Shown: positions 13,699 through 29,075 of the stretch, piece after piece
How the letters are laid out: each line of letters starts with the position of its first letter
Numbering within the stretch: the stretch's first letter is position 1
Notes under the pieces: generated by a model
Told to the model about the DNA's origin: nothing
The model's database searches: none
Seen by the model: the letters and a program-made list of their open reading frames with translations, nothing else
From: the human T2T-CHM13v2.0 reference genome, Homo sapiens
Length of the DNA stretch: 64,000 bases
Strand: one strand, 5' to 3'
Assembly: GCF_009914755.1 (NCBI RefSeq)
Contig: NC_060942.1
Made by a program: the position numbers and the translations under genes

Positions 13699-16576
13699 CA
13701 TGATGAATAAAACAGTACCTCGTATCTCAATACTAACATTGAATGTAAATGACCTAAATTCTCCACTTAAAAGATACAGAATGGCAGAATGGATAGAAAT
13801 CCACCAACCAAGTATCTACTGTCTTCAAGAGACTCACCTAATGCATAAGGAGACACATATACTTAAGGTAAAGGGGTGGGAAAAGATATTCCATGCAAAT
13901 GGAAGCCAAAAGCGAGCAGTAGTTGCTATTCTTGTATCAGACAAAACAGACTTTAAAGCAACAATAGTTAAAAAGGCAAAGAGGGACATTATGTAATGAT
14001 AAAAGGATCAGACCAACAGGAAAATATCACAATCCTAAAACATATGCAGCTAACTCTGAAGCTCCCAAATTTATAAAACAATTATTACTAGACCTAAGAA
14101 ATAAGATAGATGACAACACAATAATAGTGGGGGACTTCAATACTCCACTGAGAGCACTAGACAGGTTGTCAAGACATAAAATGAACAGAGAGCAAATGGA
14201 CTTAAGCTATACCCTAGAACAAATGGGCTTAACAGATATTTACAGAACATTCTACCCAACAACTACAGAATATACATTCCTTTCATCAGCACATGGTACA
14301 TTCTCCAAGATAGACCATATGATGAGCCACAAAACAAGTCTCAATAAATTTAAGAAAACTGAAATTATATCAAGTACTCTCTCAGACCCCAGTGGAACAA
14401 AACTTGAAATTAATTCCAAAGGAACCCTCAAAACTATACTAATACATGGAAATTAAATAATCTGCTTCTGAATAATCTTTGGGTCAACAATAAAATCAAG
14501 ATGGGAATTTTAAAATTCTTTGAAGTGAACAATAATAGTGACACAACTTATCAAAACCTCTGGGATACAGCAAAAGCGGTGCTAAGAGGAAAGTTCTCAG
14601 CATTAAATGTCTACATCAAAAAGTCTGAAAGAGCACAAATAGATAACCTAATGTCACACCTCAAGGAACTAGAGAAACAAGAACAAACCAAACCCAAACC
14701 CAACAAAAGGAAAGAAACAGCAAAGATCAGAGCAGAACTAAATAAAGCTGAAACAAAAATAATACAAAAGATAAATGAAACAAAAGCAGGTTATTTGAAA
14801 AGATAAACAAAATTGATAGACCATTAGTGAGATTAACCAAGAAAAGAAAAGAGAAGATCCAAATAAACTCAATTAGAAACAAAATGGGAGATATTACAAC
14901 CGATACCACAGAAATACAAAAGATCATTCAAAGCTATGAACACCTTTATACACACAAACTAGAAAATCTAGAGGAGATGGATAAATTCTTGGAAATATAC
15001 AACCCTCCTAGATTAAATCAGGAAGAAATAGAAACTCTGAACAGACCAATAACAAGTAACAAGATTGAAACAGTAATTTAAAAATTGCCAACAAAAAAAA
15101 GTCCAGGGCACAAATGAATTCACAGCTGAACTCTGTCAGGCATTCAAAGAAGAATTCGTACTAGTCTTACTGAAACTATTCCAAAAGATACAGAAAGAAG
15201 GAATCCTCCCTAAATCATTCTGTGAAGCCAGTATCACCCTAATACCAAAACTGGGAAAGGACATAACAAAAAAAGAAAACTACAGATCAATACTCTTGGT
15301 GAACATAGGTGCTAAAATCCTCAACAAAATGCTAGCTAACCAAATGCAATGGAATCTCAAAAAGATAATATATCATGATCAACTGGGTTTCACACCAGAC
15401 ATGCAGGGATGGTTTAACATATGCAAGTCAATAAATGAGATACATCACATAAACAGAATTAAAAACAAAAATCATATGAAAGTTTCAATAGATGCAGAAA
15501 AAGCATTTGACAAAATTCTAGTATCCCTTTATGATTAAAACCTTCAGCAAAATCAGCATAGAGGGACATACCTCAAGGTAATTAAAGCCATCTATGACAA
15601 ACCCACAACCAATATGATACTGAACAGGTAAAAGTTGAAAGCATTTCCCATGAGAACTGGAACAAGACAAAGATGCCCACTTTCACCCCAGCTATTCAAC
15701 ATTGTACTGAAAGTCCTAGCCAGAGAAATCCAACAAGAGAAAAAAATAAAGGGCATCCAAATCAGTAAAGAGGAAGTCAAACTGTCACTCTTTGCTGATG
15801 ATATGATTGTATACCTAGAAAACCCTAAAGACTCATACAAACTGATAAATGAAGTCAGCAAAGTCTCATGATACAAAATCAATGTACACAAATCAGTGAC
15901 ACCAATATACACTAACAATGACCAAGCTGAGAATCAAATCCAGAACTCAACCCCTTTTACAGGTGCAAAAAAAAAAAAAAAAAACTTAAGAATATACATA
16001 ATCAAGGAGGTGAAAGATCTTTACAAGGAAAACTAGAAAACACTGCTGGAAGAGGTCATAGGTGACACAAACAAATGGAAACACATCCCATGCTCATGGG
16101 ATGGGTAGAATCAATATTATGAAAATGACCATACTGACAAAAGTAATCTACAAATTCAATGCAATTCCCATAAAAATACCATAATCAGAACTAGAAAAAA
16201 CAATCCTAAAATTCACAGGGAACCAAAAAAGAGCCCACATAGCCAAAGCAAGACTAAGCAAAAAGAACAAATCAAGGCAACACATTACCTGACTTCAAAC
16301 AATACTAAAAGGTTATAGTAACTAAAACAGCATGGTACTGGTATAAAAATAGAGACATCGACCTATGGAAGAGAATAGAGAACCCAGAAATAAAGCCAAA
16401 TATTTACAGCCAACTAATCTTCAATAAAGCAAACAAAAACCTGAAGTAGGGAAAGGAGCCCTATTCATCAAATGGTGCTGAGTAATTGGCAAGCCACATG
16501 TAGAAGAATGAAGCTGGATTCTCATCTCTCACCTTACACAAAAATCAATGCAACATGGATCAAAGACTAAAATCTA

Positions 16577-16967
<391 letters not shown>

Positions 16968-17265
16968 TCATGACCAAGAACTCAAAAACAAATGCAACAA
17001 AAACAAAGATAAATAGTTCAGACCTAATTAAACTGAAAAGCTTCTTTACAGCAAAATAAATAATCAGTGAAGAGATAACCCACAGAGTGGGAGAAAATAT
17101 TCACAAACTATGCATCTAACAAAGGACTAATATTCAGAATCTACAGGGAACTCAAACAAATCCAAAAGAAAAAGCAAATAATCCATCAAAATGAGCAAAA
17201 GACATGAATAGACAATTCTCAAAAGAAGATACACAAACGGCCAACAAACATATGAAAAAATGTGA

Positions 17266-17570
<305 letters not shown>

Positions 17571-17964
17571 AATGCTCAATATCACTAATTATCAGGAAAA
17601 TGTAAATCAAAACAACAGTGAGATACCACCTTACCCTGGCAAGAATGGCCATAATTTAAAAATAAAAAAAATAACAGATGTTAGCATGGATGTGGTGAAA
17701 AGGGAACACTTATACACTGCTGGTGGGAATGTAATCTAGTACAACCACTATGGAAAACAGTATGGAAATTCCTTAAAGAACTAAAAGTAGAACTACCATT
17801 TGACCCAGCAACCCCACAACTGGGTATCTACTGAGAGTAAAAGAAGTCATTATATGAAAAAGACACTTGTACATGCATGTTTATAGCAGCACAATTCACA
17901 ATTGCAAAAGTATGGAACCAGCCTAAACGTCCATCAACCAACAAGAGGATAAAGAAACGAGTGG

Positions 17965-18155
17965 TATATATATGAATACTAATCAGCCATATACCACATT
18001 ATATATATATGGTGTGTGTATATATATATACACACACACACACACCATTATACATATAATGGTATATATATTATTTTATATATATGGTGTATCTATATAT
18101 TCCATACATATGGTGTATATATATATATATATTCCATATATATAATATATATGGA
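17965..18155. repeat. (TA)n/(CA)n low-complexity expansion inside L1PB
   Basis: Runs of tatatatatat and cacacacac. Confidence 0.85.
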
Positions 18156-19270
18156 ATGGAATACTACTCAGCCATAAAAAGAAGTGAAATAATGCTATTT
18201 TCAGTAACCTGGATGGAGTTGGAGATGATTATTCTAAGTGAACTCAGGAATAGAAAACCAAACATCATATGTTCTTACTTATAAGTGAGAGCTAAGCTAT
18301 GAGGACACAAAGGCATAAGAATGATATAATGGACTTTGGGGACTCAAGGGTAAGGGTGGGAGTGGGGGAGGGATAAAAGGCTACACACATTGGGTACAGT
18401 GTACACTTCTCAGGTGACAAGTGCACCAGAATCTCAGAAATCACCACTAAAAAATTTTTCCATGCAACCAAACACCACCAGTTCCCAAAAACTTTTGAAA
18501 TACATTTTTAAAGTAATTTAAAAAAATTAGATAGATTTTTCTATAAGATTTTATTAAGAACTAGGTTTGACATCAATAGTACACTAATGCAAAGGTGAAT
18601 TTTGGCTTTCTCTGTTGAATAAGATTCTTTGTAATATGAGGAAAATAATGAAAGATTTTTGTTTCCTCTTTGAATAAACTACATGAAAAAGAGTGGAAAG
18701 CAAAAAGACAGATTGTTTGGAAAGCTCAGTCTTCCTTCTATCAATGAGTAAATGTTTTTGCCTTTTTAAAATCTTTAAATTATCATTTTAGCAAAATAAA
18801 TGACTTACAGTGACCTGGGATTCTATTTTATAATATCAAGCGTTTTGAACCTTTGATATTTGACAAACTTCCCAAAATCAAATTATAAATTATGTCTTTT
18901 TCTGATCTAATTGATCTTTTAGATATTGGGTTGCCTAAAGTCCAAAGATGACATATATTTGACTTATTTGGTATATTAAAATCATACAGGAAGCATTGTT
19001 GGGTATGAAATGGTGTTTGGCTTTCTTTGGGCTGTATTTGTATAGATGTGTTATTGGTATGTGTTCCAAAATTATGGGAAGCTCCTATAATTCTGATATG
19101 ACTTAGTATATATTGTCAGGAATAATTATGATTGTTTTGTTGATTATTGTGTGCCACAGAGGTAACCAAATTTCCTTGTCAATTGTGTCTTTGAGTATGG
19201 CTGTCCTAAGTCTTTTTGTCATCCACAGACAATATTTGTCTTGTTTTGATCCTCTTTAAAAGGAGGTGTA

Positions 19271-19573
19271 GGCCGGGCATGGTGGCTCACACCTATAATC
19301 CCAGCACTTTGGAAGGCTGAGGTGGGCTGATCACAAGGTCAGGAGATTGAGACCTTCCTGGCTAACATGGTGAAACCCTGTCTCTACTAAAAATACAAAA
19401 AAATTAGCCAGGCATGGTGGTGGGTGCCTGTAGTCCAGCTACTTGGGAGGCTGAGGCAGGAGCATGGCATGGACTCAGGAGGTGGAGCTTGCAGTGAGTC
19501 AAGATCATGCCACTGCACTCCAGCCGGGGTGAGAGAGCAAGACTCTGTCTCAAAAAAAAAAAAAAAAAAAAAA
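19271..19573 (+). mobile_element. AluSc/Y-like element inside the MER41 internal region
   Basis: Full Alu with a long A tail. Degenerate TSD aaaaggaggtgta / aaatggtggtgta. Confidence 0.9.
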
Positions 19574-21138
19574 TGGTGGTGTATAATCAGTTATAGGACT
19601 CTGACAAGTGCCTTTGAATGTAGATCTCTGATGACTTTGGAAAGTGTGCCATGAAAATAGAGAAGAAATAACTTCCAAGACTCTCTTGGAAAACTACTGT
19701 GTTCATGAATGTCAAACAGAAGAGGAATTAATTGCATAGACTGAACTAGTAAAAGATTGAAATAGTTTTTTCATGACTTCCTGCTTGAAATACTGTTGAT
19801 CCTTTCTGTTTTGTTTTTCAGAGTCAAGAAAACTTTTTGGGGGTTGCTATTTACAGCTTTTGGCAATTGAGTGGAGTATATGCCTCTGAGCAAAATTTGG
19901 AGCATATCTCCTTCTACCTGATTTCTCCAGAATTTGAAAACTATTCATGAGTATTCTTAACTTATGGCAATATAGTTATTTACGTAAGTGCAATAATAAT
20001 CTGTTTTCTTTGTAACAGGACACAATTGGAGAAACTGGTTATTTTACCAGGGCCTTGGCTGGAATGGTATTCTTTTAAATATAAACAGACTGCTTTAAGG
20101 AATCAAAGTTGACTTATAGAGCCAATGAAAGCCCCTAGGGAAAGCTAGCCTCATTCCTTGTCTACACAGTCTCTGTCCAAGGTTCCTGACCTGCGGTAGA
20201 TGAAGAATAAAGAATGTCACTTTCTGACAGGCCCAGGAGCTGCAAGTTATCTTGGGACCTCAAGAGGTGAGGAATTTACCCCTCAGGCAGTTATTTGCAA
20301 GTACAAACCCATGGCTGGGCTCAAGGCTTTGAGAGGTCTAATCTGAGATTCCTTGTAGAACAAAGTTCCATCAAAGCCAATTTTAAAAAGGCCTGTATGG
20401 TGAATAATTATTCTTGATGCACTTTATACAAATAATCAGGCCAAATGTAGTCAGGTTAAAACTTATCTTGCAAACAAATCAGTCTACCATGATTTGTTTT
20501 TAATAAAAATGGGGGTTGGAGAGAGAAAATTTGTTTAAAAAGACTATGGTACACCTGTTGTTACATTCTGGTCTTGTCCATTGTTTTTTATTTTTTTCCT
20601 GCAATTTAGGCTGACCCACTTTGTTTCTGTGAACCAACCAGTGATCTCCAGCTGTTGCTGAAAAGAAATAAGGGAGATGTGTAACACAAAAATCTGGATC
20701 AGTATTCTAATTCTGGCCGTGTATTGGAATCAGCTAGCAACCTCATATCAGCTTGGTTCCAACAACTACCCAGTTAATGGAAAGCCTTCTTATTTAGTTC
20801 ACTTGGGATCATCTTACTTATTTTGCTTACTGTTGTGGACTATATTGCTGTTATACTCTTTGTTTAGAAATGCAAGATAAGCTTACTCAATGTTTTCTTA
20901 AATTGAACACATTGATCTTCCAGATATCACCTTTTGTCAGAACTCAGAGTTATGAATGGCCCTCAGCATACCAACACTTTCTGACTGAGCTCCTCTCTAC
21001 CCTGGATATAAGAGACCCCAATAGTTAGGCGGGAATATCATTGCCCCATTCAGCCTGAAGAAGTTACAGAAGATGGATCTTCATCCCTCTGCAACCCTTA
21101 GGATTGAGAGTCCCCTTTTAAAAGGGAGGGGGGAAGTA

Positions 21139-21685
21139 TGTTAGAGGTGTTCAAACCAGAGGAACTCCATCTTGAGTAGAAGCTGGTTAAAATAAAGCTA
21201 AGACTCGTTGCACCGTATTCATAGGAGGTTAAGCATTCTTAGTCACAGGATGAGATAGGAGGTTGGCAGGACTGGTATCACAAGATACAGGTCATACAGA
21301 TTCTGCTGACAAAACAGAATGCAGAAAAGAAGCAGGCCAAATTGCACCAAAATGAAGAGGGTGACAAAAGTGACCTCTGGTCATCCTCACTGCTCATTAT
21401 ACACTACCTATAACACATTAGCATGCTAAAAGCACCATGATAGTTTACAGATGCCATGGCAATGTTCAGAAGTTGCCCTATATAGTCTAAAACGGGGAGG
21501 AACGCTCAGCTCTGGGAATTCCCTACTCCTTTCCTGGAAAACCCATGAATTGCCCACCCCTTATTTAGCATATAATAAAAACAAAAACCATAAGTATATT
21601 CAGTCAGGCAGTTCATACTGCTGTTCTATTGAGGAGGCATTCTTCTGTTTCTTTACTTCTCTAACAAACTTGCTTTCACTTTTAA
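21139..21685 (+). mobile_element. MER41 3' LTR (U3-R only; U5 absent)
   Basis: tgttagaggtgttcaaaccagaggaactccatcttg is the MER41 start. Homology stops just after the degenerate polyA signal (aacaaacttgctttcactttt). Confidence 0.85.
21531..21539 (+). promoter_or_regulatory. GAS (STAT) motif TTCCTGGAA in the MER41 LTR
   Basis: Matches TTCN3GAA at the position of the known MER41 tandem GAS pair. The upstream partner is degenerate (CTCTGGGAA, 21510-21518). Confidence 0.6.
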
Positions 21686-21688
21686 ACG

Positions 21689-21899
21689 AATTTAGTGTTC
21701 TTTGTTGAGGATGCTATATAAGCTGAAATCAAAGCCACTTCTTTGAGAACTACTCAATTTCTGAGTGACTCCAAGTGTATCTGAAACAAACATGTGAATA
21801 AACTTTTGGGTTTTTTTTCTTGTTAATCTGTCTTTTGTAATTGAAGTCTGTTCCAACTAAGAACCTATGGCTGTTACTATTTTTCTTCAGCATGATACA
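21689..21899 (+). mobile_element. MER31/MER67-like LTR, 3' part
   Basis: Contains gatgctatataagc, aataaacttt and ttaatctgtctttt, completing the LTR begun at 10549. Confidence 0.65.
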
Positions 21900-22432
21900 G
21901 GGGACCCACCAAGGAGAGGGCCACATGACACCACATGTGCTTCTCATCAGCCTTAGAATACTCTCCAGCTGGGACATATTCCTGTGTCTCATCTTTCCTA
22001 CTAGACCAGAATTTGCCACATCTATTTTCTTTTTAGTCCACCCGACACACCTACCCTCCACCCCTCCACACATACACTACACATGTGCAAACATCTCTAA
22101 TTAAATTAGACTATAGAGGGCTTTGGGATGGAGGGAGGTGCTAGGACCCCAAGCCCTGCTCTGCCTGTAAGCAGCAGTTCACTGACCCATTTGCTTTTCT
22201 GACAAATGTGACTTGATAACCCCTGAGAGCATCCAGCTCTAACAGTCTATAATCCAGTAAATTGCTACCCAAAATGATTCTGTTTCACAGGACTGTGTCC
22301 AGCCTATGTGCAGATTATCAACCCCCAGGTAGGCTCTGGGAAAGAAAAACTGACAGCCACCTACTTTGCAAACCCTGAGGCTGTGGTTTATATAAATAGG
22401 GACTGGTGTGACTTGAAAGCCTATATTCCTAA

Positions 22433-22748
22433 GGCCAGGCACAATGGCTCATGCTTGTAATCCCAGCAGTTTTGGAGGCCAAGGTGGGAGGATTGTTTGA
22501 GGCCAGGAGTTTGAGACCAGCCTGGGCAACATAGCCAGACCCCAGCTCTACAAAAATTAATTAAAATAAAGCATTAGCCAGGTGTGATGGTGTACACCTG
22601 AAATCCCAGCTACTTAGGAGGCGGAGGTAGGAGGATCACTTAGGCCCTTCAGTTTGAGGCTGCAGTAGGCTGTGATTGTATGACTGCACTCCAGGCTAGG
22701 TGACAGGATGAGACCTTGTCTCTAGAAAAAAAAAAAAAAGAAGAAAAT
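22433..22748 (+). mobile_element. AluJ
   Basis: Dimeric Alu with J diagnostics. Confidence 0.9.
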
Positions 22749-24151
22749 GTGTGTTTCCTGTCAGCAGCCTTTACCCAGAAATGTCATGAGATCGCCTCAC
22801 TGGGCAGCAGACAAATTATATCAACTCTATCCATTACACAAATACTCCAGACCACAGGGTAGCAAAATATAAGAAAGATTTATTAAGGGAATAAAATATC
22901 CAAAAACTTAGACTTATGCCATGGCAAATCAAACCCTTTTCCTAAGTGCAGCTCACGTTTTTTCCAAAGCACTTTTTTGTGCCACCTCCAAACTTCCTGG
23001 TGCCTTGACAGAGAAGCTACGTCCTAAACAGTTTCCTCAATTTGCAGTCCCTGGGGACTCCAGAGAGACGGCATTGACAACAGCATGTAATATTGATGCT
23101 CAAATCAATGTTTTAAACATTGAGCTCCAAAATGAATAAGACTAAGGAAAATAAGCAGCCCAATTTCTATTTCTTCAATCTTTGAGCAGGAGCAAACCAG
23201 ACTTTTTGGCCAAATTCTTAGATTTTTAGCAGAGCAACAAGAATGTTGACACCTAACAACTTCTGAAGGACCTACGGAAATTGCTCAACAAGAGGGGACA
23301 AATGTGTGGGCTGTTCAGGTAACTTGAAGCCCTAGGGAGCACTTCCTCCTGCCACACCGGCAGGTTAAGAGCCTGTTTGTCACAGGCCAGGCCTCATTCA
23401 TCATTACCCGGGTGCCGTCTCCTGACATCAGTGAGTTTTCGGCCCCTTGACAGCACCTGTCTGGCAGCCTGGGCTATCAGCTGCTCTCCTGTCGCTCTGG
23501 CTGAGCACAGGGGACAGCCTTGGCCCAGCCCTGTGGAATCTTCCAGTCCACGCCCTCCTCCTCCTGGCAGCCCGGCACACACACACAACCCCGAGGGGAC
23601 AAATGAGCAGTCAGTTTAGTTTCTCTGCATTCAATGGGAGGGCACCAGATGGAAGGCCACAGAATGCACCAAGCCAGGGTCTTTGCGGGGAGGTGGGCTG
23701 TTGGGGGGCTGTCACCATAACAACAGGAAAAGCACTGCTGAAGTTTCTATTTTGGTGCTGCCACTAATTACTACGAATATTTCATTCGGCCCTGTGATCA
23801 GCCATCCCCAGAGCCGCCTGTTACCGGCAGATGGCTTGTTTTCTTCTCTCTAGAAAGTTAGCCAAAGACCACAGTTGTGTTTGGTTGTTTCATTCTTTTT
23901 TAAAACACTGAGTGGCTTAAGAATGCTTTGTTTTTGCATTTTATTGTAAAAGTCAGATACCTCTAGATTTTCTCCAAACAAACACTATTCTGGGAAATAA
24001 AAGGCAGGCCTAGTAGCATTGACTAATTTAGTGTTTAAATATATGTATGAGTGAGAAAAAGGATAGTTACGCCCTTATGAGTAGAAATACTTAGCAGATC
24101 TGACAAGTATATCCATATGGGGTTATTTTTAGAAGTTCAACTTTCCCCATT

Positions 24152-24447
<296 letters not shown>

Positions 24448-24551
24448 TCCTATTTATACACTAAAAATTTTAAGTGAAACCCTGTCTCTACTAGAAATGC
24501 AAAAATTAGCTGGGCATGGTGGTGCATGCCTGTAATCCCAGCTACTCAGAA

Positions 24552-25014
24552 TAAGGGAGGAGACCACCCCTCATATTGTCTTATCCCCAATTTCTGCCTC
24601 CAAAGAAAGAAGAAGTAAAGACTAAAAGGCAGAAATGAAATCCACAAGCAGATAGCCCGGCGCCACACCCTGGGCCTGGTAGTTAAAGATAGACCCCTGA
24701 CCTAATCGGTTATGTTATCTATAGATTACAGACATTGTATAGAAAAGCACTGTGAAAATCCCTATCCTGTTCTGTTCTGTTCTAATTATTGGTGCATGCA
24801 GCCCCCAGTCACGTACCCCATGCTTGCTCAATCAATCATGACCCTCCCACACGGACCCCCTTAGAGTTGTGAGCCCTTAAAAGGGACAGGAATTTCTCAC
24901 TCAGGGAGCTCGGTTGTTGGAAACGTGAGTCTTGCCGAAGCTCCCAGCTGAATAAAGCCCTTCCTTCTTTAACTCGGTGTCTGAGGGATTTTGTCTGTGG
25001 CTTCTCCTGCTACA
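24552..25014 (+). mobile_element. LTR2 5' LTR
   Basis: taagggaggagaccacccctcatattg...cctgctaca, with an internal aataaa. Confidence 0.92.
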
Positions 25015-25019
25015 TTTCT

Positions 25020-25037
25020 TGGTTCCCTGACCAGGAA
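25020..25037 (+). promoter_or_regulatory. Primer-binding site complementary to tRNA-Glu
   Basis: TGGTTCCCTGACCAGGAA versus expected TGGTTCCCTGACCGGGAA (one mismatch). Confidence 0.88.
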
Positions 25038-25560
25038 GCGAGGTGATTAACAGATGGTCAAGGCAGCCCCTTAGGCAGCTTAGGCCTGCCCTGTGGAGCA
25101 TCCCTGAGGGGGACTCTGGCCAGCTTGAGCAACATGGATCCTGAGAGCGCTCCTGGGTAGGCAATTGCCCCAGTGGAACACCTTGCCAGAGGAGCACGTG
25201 GCAGGCCCCCATGGAGGATCAACGCAGTGGCTGAACACCGGGAAGGAACTGGCACTTGGAGTCCAGACATCTAAAACTTGGTAAGACTAGTCTTTGGAAC
25301 TTGCCCACTCCATTTGGGTGGAAAGGTGACCTGATCACCTACGGCGTGCCTGTACCAGCACTTTGGTTTTTGTTTTTGACTTGACTTGGATTACTTGATA
25401 CTTTGGTTTTGGTTTTGACCTGGCTTGGATTTCTTGATACTCCGATTTTGGTTTTGATTCTGGTTTGGTGTAAACTGTAAAAGTGTGTGTGCCCTTTTCA
25501 CCCGTTCTTTGTTTTGTGGTGTGTGTGTGGTGTGAGTGTGTTGTTTTGTCTCAAAGAAGC

Positions 25561-25860
25561 ATAGGTCAGACACAAAGTCAGCCCATCCCACTATGAACTA
25601 TGTTGAAAAATTTCAAGAAAGGATTTAAGGGAGACTATGGAGTACTATGACACCAGGAAAACTTAAAACTTTGTGTAAGATAGACTGGCATGTGCATTAG
25701 AGGTGGGTTGGCCATCAGAAGGAAGCCTGGACAGGTCCCTTGTTTCAAGGGTGTGGCACAAGGTAACCTGTAAGCCAGGGCACCCAGACCAGTTCCCATA
25801 CATAGACATTTCATTACAGCTGGTTTTAGCCCCCCCACCAAAGTGGTTGAGAGAACAGCA
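25561..25860 (+). pseudogene. gag: HERV-E gag matrix remnant
   Basis: Start codon mutated ATG to ATA, then GQTQSQ, MLKNFKKGFKGDYG and GWPSEGSLDRSLVSRVWHKVTCKPGHPDQFPYID. Truncated and followed by a GA-rich tract. Confidence 0.8.
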
Positions 25861-27949
25861 GGATAAGCAGCTGGCAGAGGCAAGGAAAGACCAGCAGAGA
25901 GGGAAAGAGGAAGAGACAGAGAGACAGAGAGAGAGTCAAGGAAAGAGAGAGAGAAAGAGAGAGGCAGAGAGAGAGAAAAGGACAGAGGCAAAAGGAAAGT
26001 CAAAGAGAGAAAGAGACAGAAAATCAAAGAGAGAAAGAAAGAGAGAGATATACAAGTATTTAAGAAAAAAAAACAGTGTACCCTATTCCTTTAAAAGCCA
26101 AGGTAAATTTAAAACTTATAATTGATAGCAGAAGGTATTCTCCATAACCCTATAACACCCCAATACCACTTTGTTGTCAGTGTAAACAAGGGCATATCCT
26201 GAAAGCACTGAGGCCTTCCTATCAAAAATCCTTAACCCAGTAACCCGCGGATGGCCCAAATGCATTCAGTCTGTAGCGGCAACTGCTTTGCTAACAGAAA
26301 AAAGTAAAAAAATAACTTTTAGAGGAACTTTCATTGTGAGCACACCTCACCAGTTCAGAAGTATCCAAAGGAAAAAAAAAAAAAAAAAAAAAGGATGACT
26401 TAACATTAACCACTGAAAATTCCCTTAACCCAGCAGCTTTCCTAATAGGGGATCCAAATCATAATTACCATACAAAAGTCTGACCAGACCTAGGAGGAAC
26501 TCCCTTCAGGACAGGACGATTGATGTTTCCTCCCAGGTAATTGAAAGAAAAAAAAAAAAATGCCATCTGTACCAATTCTAAGTTAATTTGGACAAAACAA
26601 GGTCATACTAATAGCAAAGGATAATTAAAATCCCAAACTTACAAGGTGTTCAACAAAAGTAAAGTTTGCTAAAAGTTAACAGTGTAACATGTACTATAGT
26701 AACTTCTAATCTTGTGGCCTTAGACAGTCAAGTCCACAGGCATAAAAGAAGTTCACTTTGGAAAAGAATGGTTATCATCTTCGAAAAAAAAAGGGAAAAA
26801 AAGGCTGGGGAAGAATTTATGTAAAAAGAGTTTTATATGGTAAATTCTTGTCCTGAAATAAATTAACTGGTTGTTTAAAGAAAGAAATGTTTGTAATAAG
26901 TCAGAAAGTTGAGACATGTCAAAGAATTGTCTGTGACAGTCACGAAAGAGAAAAATGTTATAAAAAAAGAATTTATGCAAGAAATGTTGTATAATTTAAA
27001 AGTAGTAGGCCTCCTGAATGTAAAACTATTGAAAAAAAAAACAGTTTATGTGCAAGGTGTATAAGAAAAGTAAAATATACCTTTGGTAAAAGGATTATAA
27101 GAAGGCATAAGAATGTAAATTTTTACCTACATTAAAAGGTTAAAAAAATTTTTTTGTTTTGAAAGTTTAAGCAAGTTTTAAAACGTTAATTATAAAAGAA
27201 TTCTGTGTTATTATTAGCTAAAGTTAAAGAGCTATCATCAGTTTTTATGTGAACTGGACATTAAAGTAAAAACACAATGGGTTTTTCTTAAAGCACTAAC
27301 CTGCTCTTTAACAAAGATTATAAAAGGTGAAAAAGAGTCTATAAAAATCTTACCTTATGGTTTGACATTAAATATTGAATAAATATGTATATAAAATTTT
27401 ATTAAAACTAAGTTTAACATTAATAGCACACTAATATAAAGATGAAATTTAGCTTATCTGGTATAAAAGTCATACAAGAAGCATTATTAAATATAAAATG
27501 GTGTTTGGCTTTCTTTGGTCTAAAAACAAATAAAAATAGGTGCTAAAGGAAATTTCTCAGTAAGAAGGCACCAAAGACTATAAAGTCCACTGTTGATGTC
27601 CCCACATTTAAAACAAAAAGTCAGTTTCTTAGAAATTGTATACTTGGTGTATCTTCCACTTTCCTTTCCCTCAAAACTGAAAGTCTTTTTGCACAGGTAC
27701 CACCCCTAGAATTTCCAGTAAACCAGCACCAGCCTGAAGATCACCTTCTAATCAGAGGGTGGAAAGAAGAAAAACTCATGCCAGCCTAGGAAGGACCCTA
27801 CCTTGTGCTGCTAACCACCAAGACTGCTGTTCATACAGTGGAAAAAGGATGGACTCACCACACTTAAGTCAAAGCGCCACCCCCTCCAGAGTCGTGGGCC
27901 ACAGTCCCAGGGGAAAACCCTACCAAACTAAAGCTAAGAAAAATCTCTC

Positions 27950-29075
27950 TCTTTCACCTATTCTATTACTCTTTCTTCTTTCCTCGCTCTATTGCTGACC
28001 ATCTGGTTATTAACATAACCAAGTCAATTTCGCCTCAAACTATTGCATTTAATACTTGCCTTGTTATACCCTGTGGGGACTTGCCAAGTCGAAGACAGCT
28101 CTCTACTTCAGAAAAGTACCTCTGTCCCTCCTGACTCTCCTCAGACTGGGCATTAGTAAATTAGGACCATTTAATCCAGGGAAATTTTGATAAAGACTCC
28201 AGTGTCAACCAGGAGTCTTGTTGCCCAATGTAGAGCTTTTATGCCATAGTTGGTCCAACATTCTGTGGACTGCTAAAGAGCAAGGATGGACTGCCCCAAC
28301 CAGTTTCTGTAATTTCCCAAACATACATTCATTTTACTAGAGGATCATAGAAGTTAAAAACTTAAAACAAACTTTGGCAATTAAGACAGCATACCAAGAT
28401 GCAAACGCCTGGTTGGAATGGATCAAATATGCCATCCGCACGTTAAACAAAAGCAGTTGTTATGCTTGTGCACATGGCAGGCCAGAGGCCCAGATTGTCC
28501 CCTTTCCACTAAGGTGGTCCTCCAGTCTACCAGGTGTGGGCTGCATGGTAGCTCTTTTCCAGGATTCTACAGCCTGGAGTAATAAGTCGTGCCAAGCTAT
28601 CTCTGCTATATCCCAAAGTCAGGCACCCTGCGGGTCATGACAGGGAGGAAACTTTGCATTTCTTGGAGCCCTGAAAGGATGCAGTCAGCTTAAAAATTTT
28701 CAAGAGCTTATCAATCAGTCAGCCCTTGTTTATTCCCTAGCGGATGTGAGGTCGTATTGTGGTGGACCTTTACTGGGCACTCTGCTGAATAACTGGAGTG
28801 GCACTTGTACTTTAGTCCAATTGGCTATCCCTTTCACCCTGGCATTTCATCAACCAGAGGGAGGGAAAATAAGACATTGGAAAGAGAGAGAAGCCCCTTA
28901 TAGGTCTTTCGACTATACGTCCATTTAGACGTAATTGGAGTCCCACGGGGAATACCAGATCAATTTAAAGCTTGAAATCAAATAGCTGCAAGATTTGAGT
29001 CAATATTTTGGTGGGTGACAGTTAACAAAAATGTAAAGTAGATGAACTACATCTATTACAACCAACAGCAACGAG
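27950..29075 (+). pseudogene. env: Second, degenerate env-like fragment (HERV-I-like block of Harlequin)
   Basis: ORF fragments NAWLEWIKY..CYACAHGRPEAQIVPFP, YCGGPLL..NWSGTCTLVQLAIPF and NYIYYNQQ are gammaretroviral-type SU/TM pieces. Confidence 0.65.
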
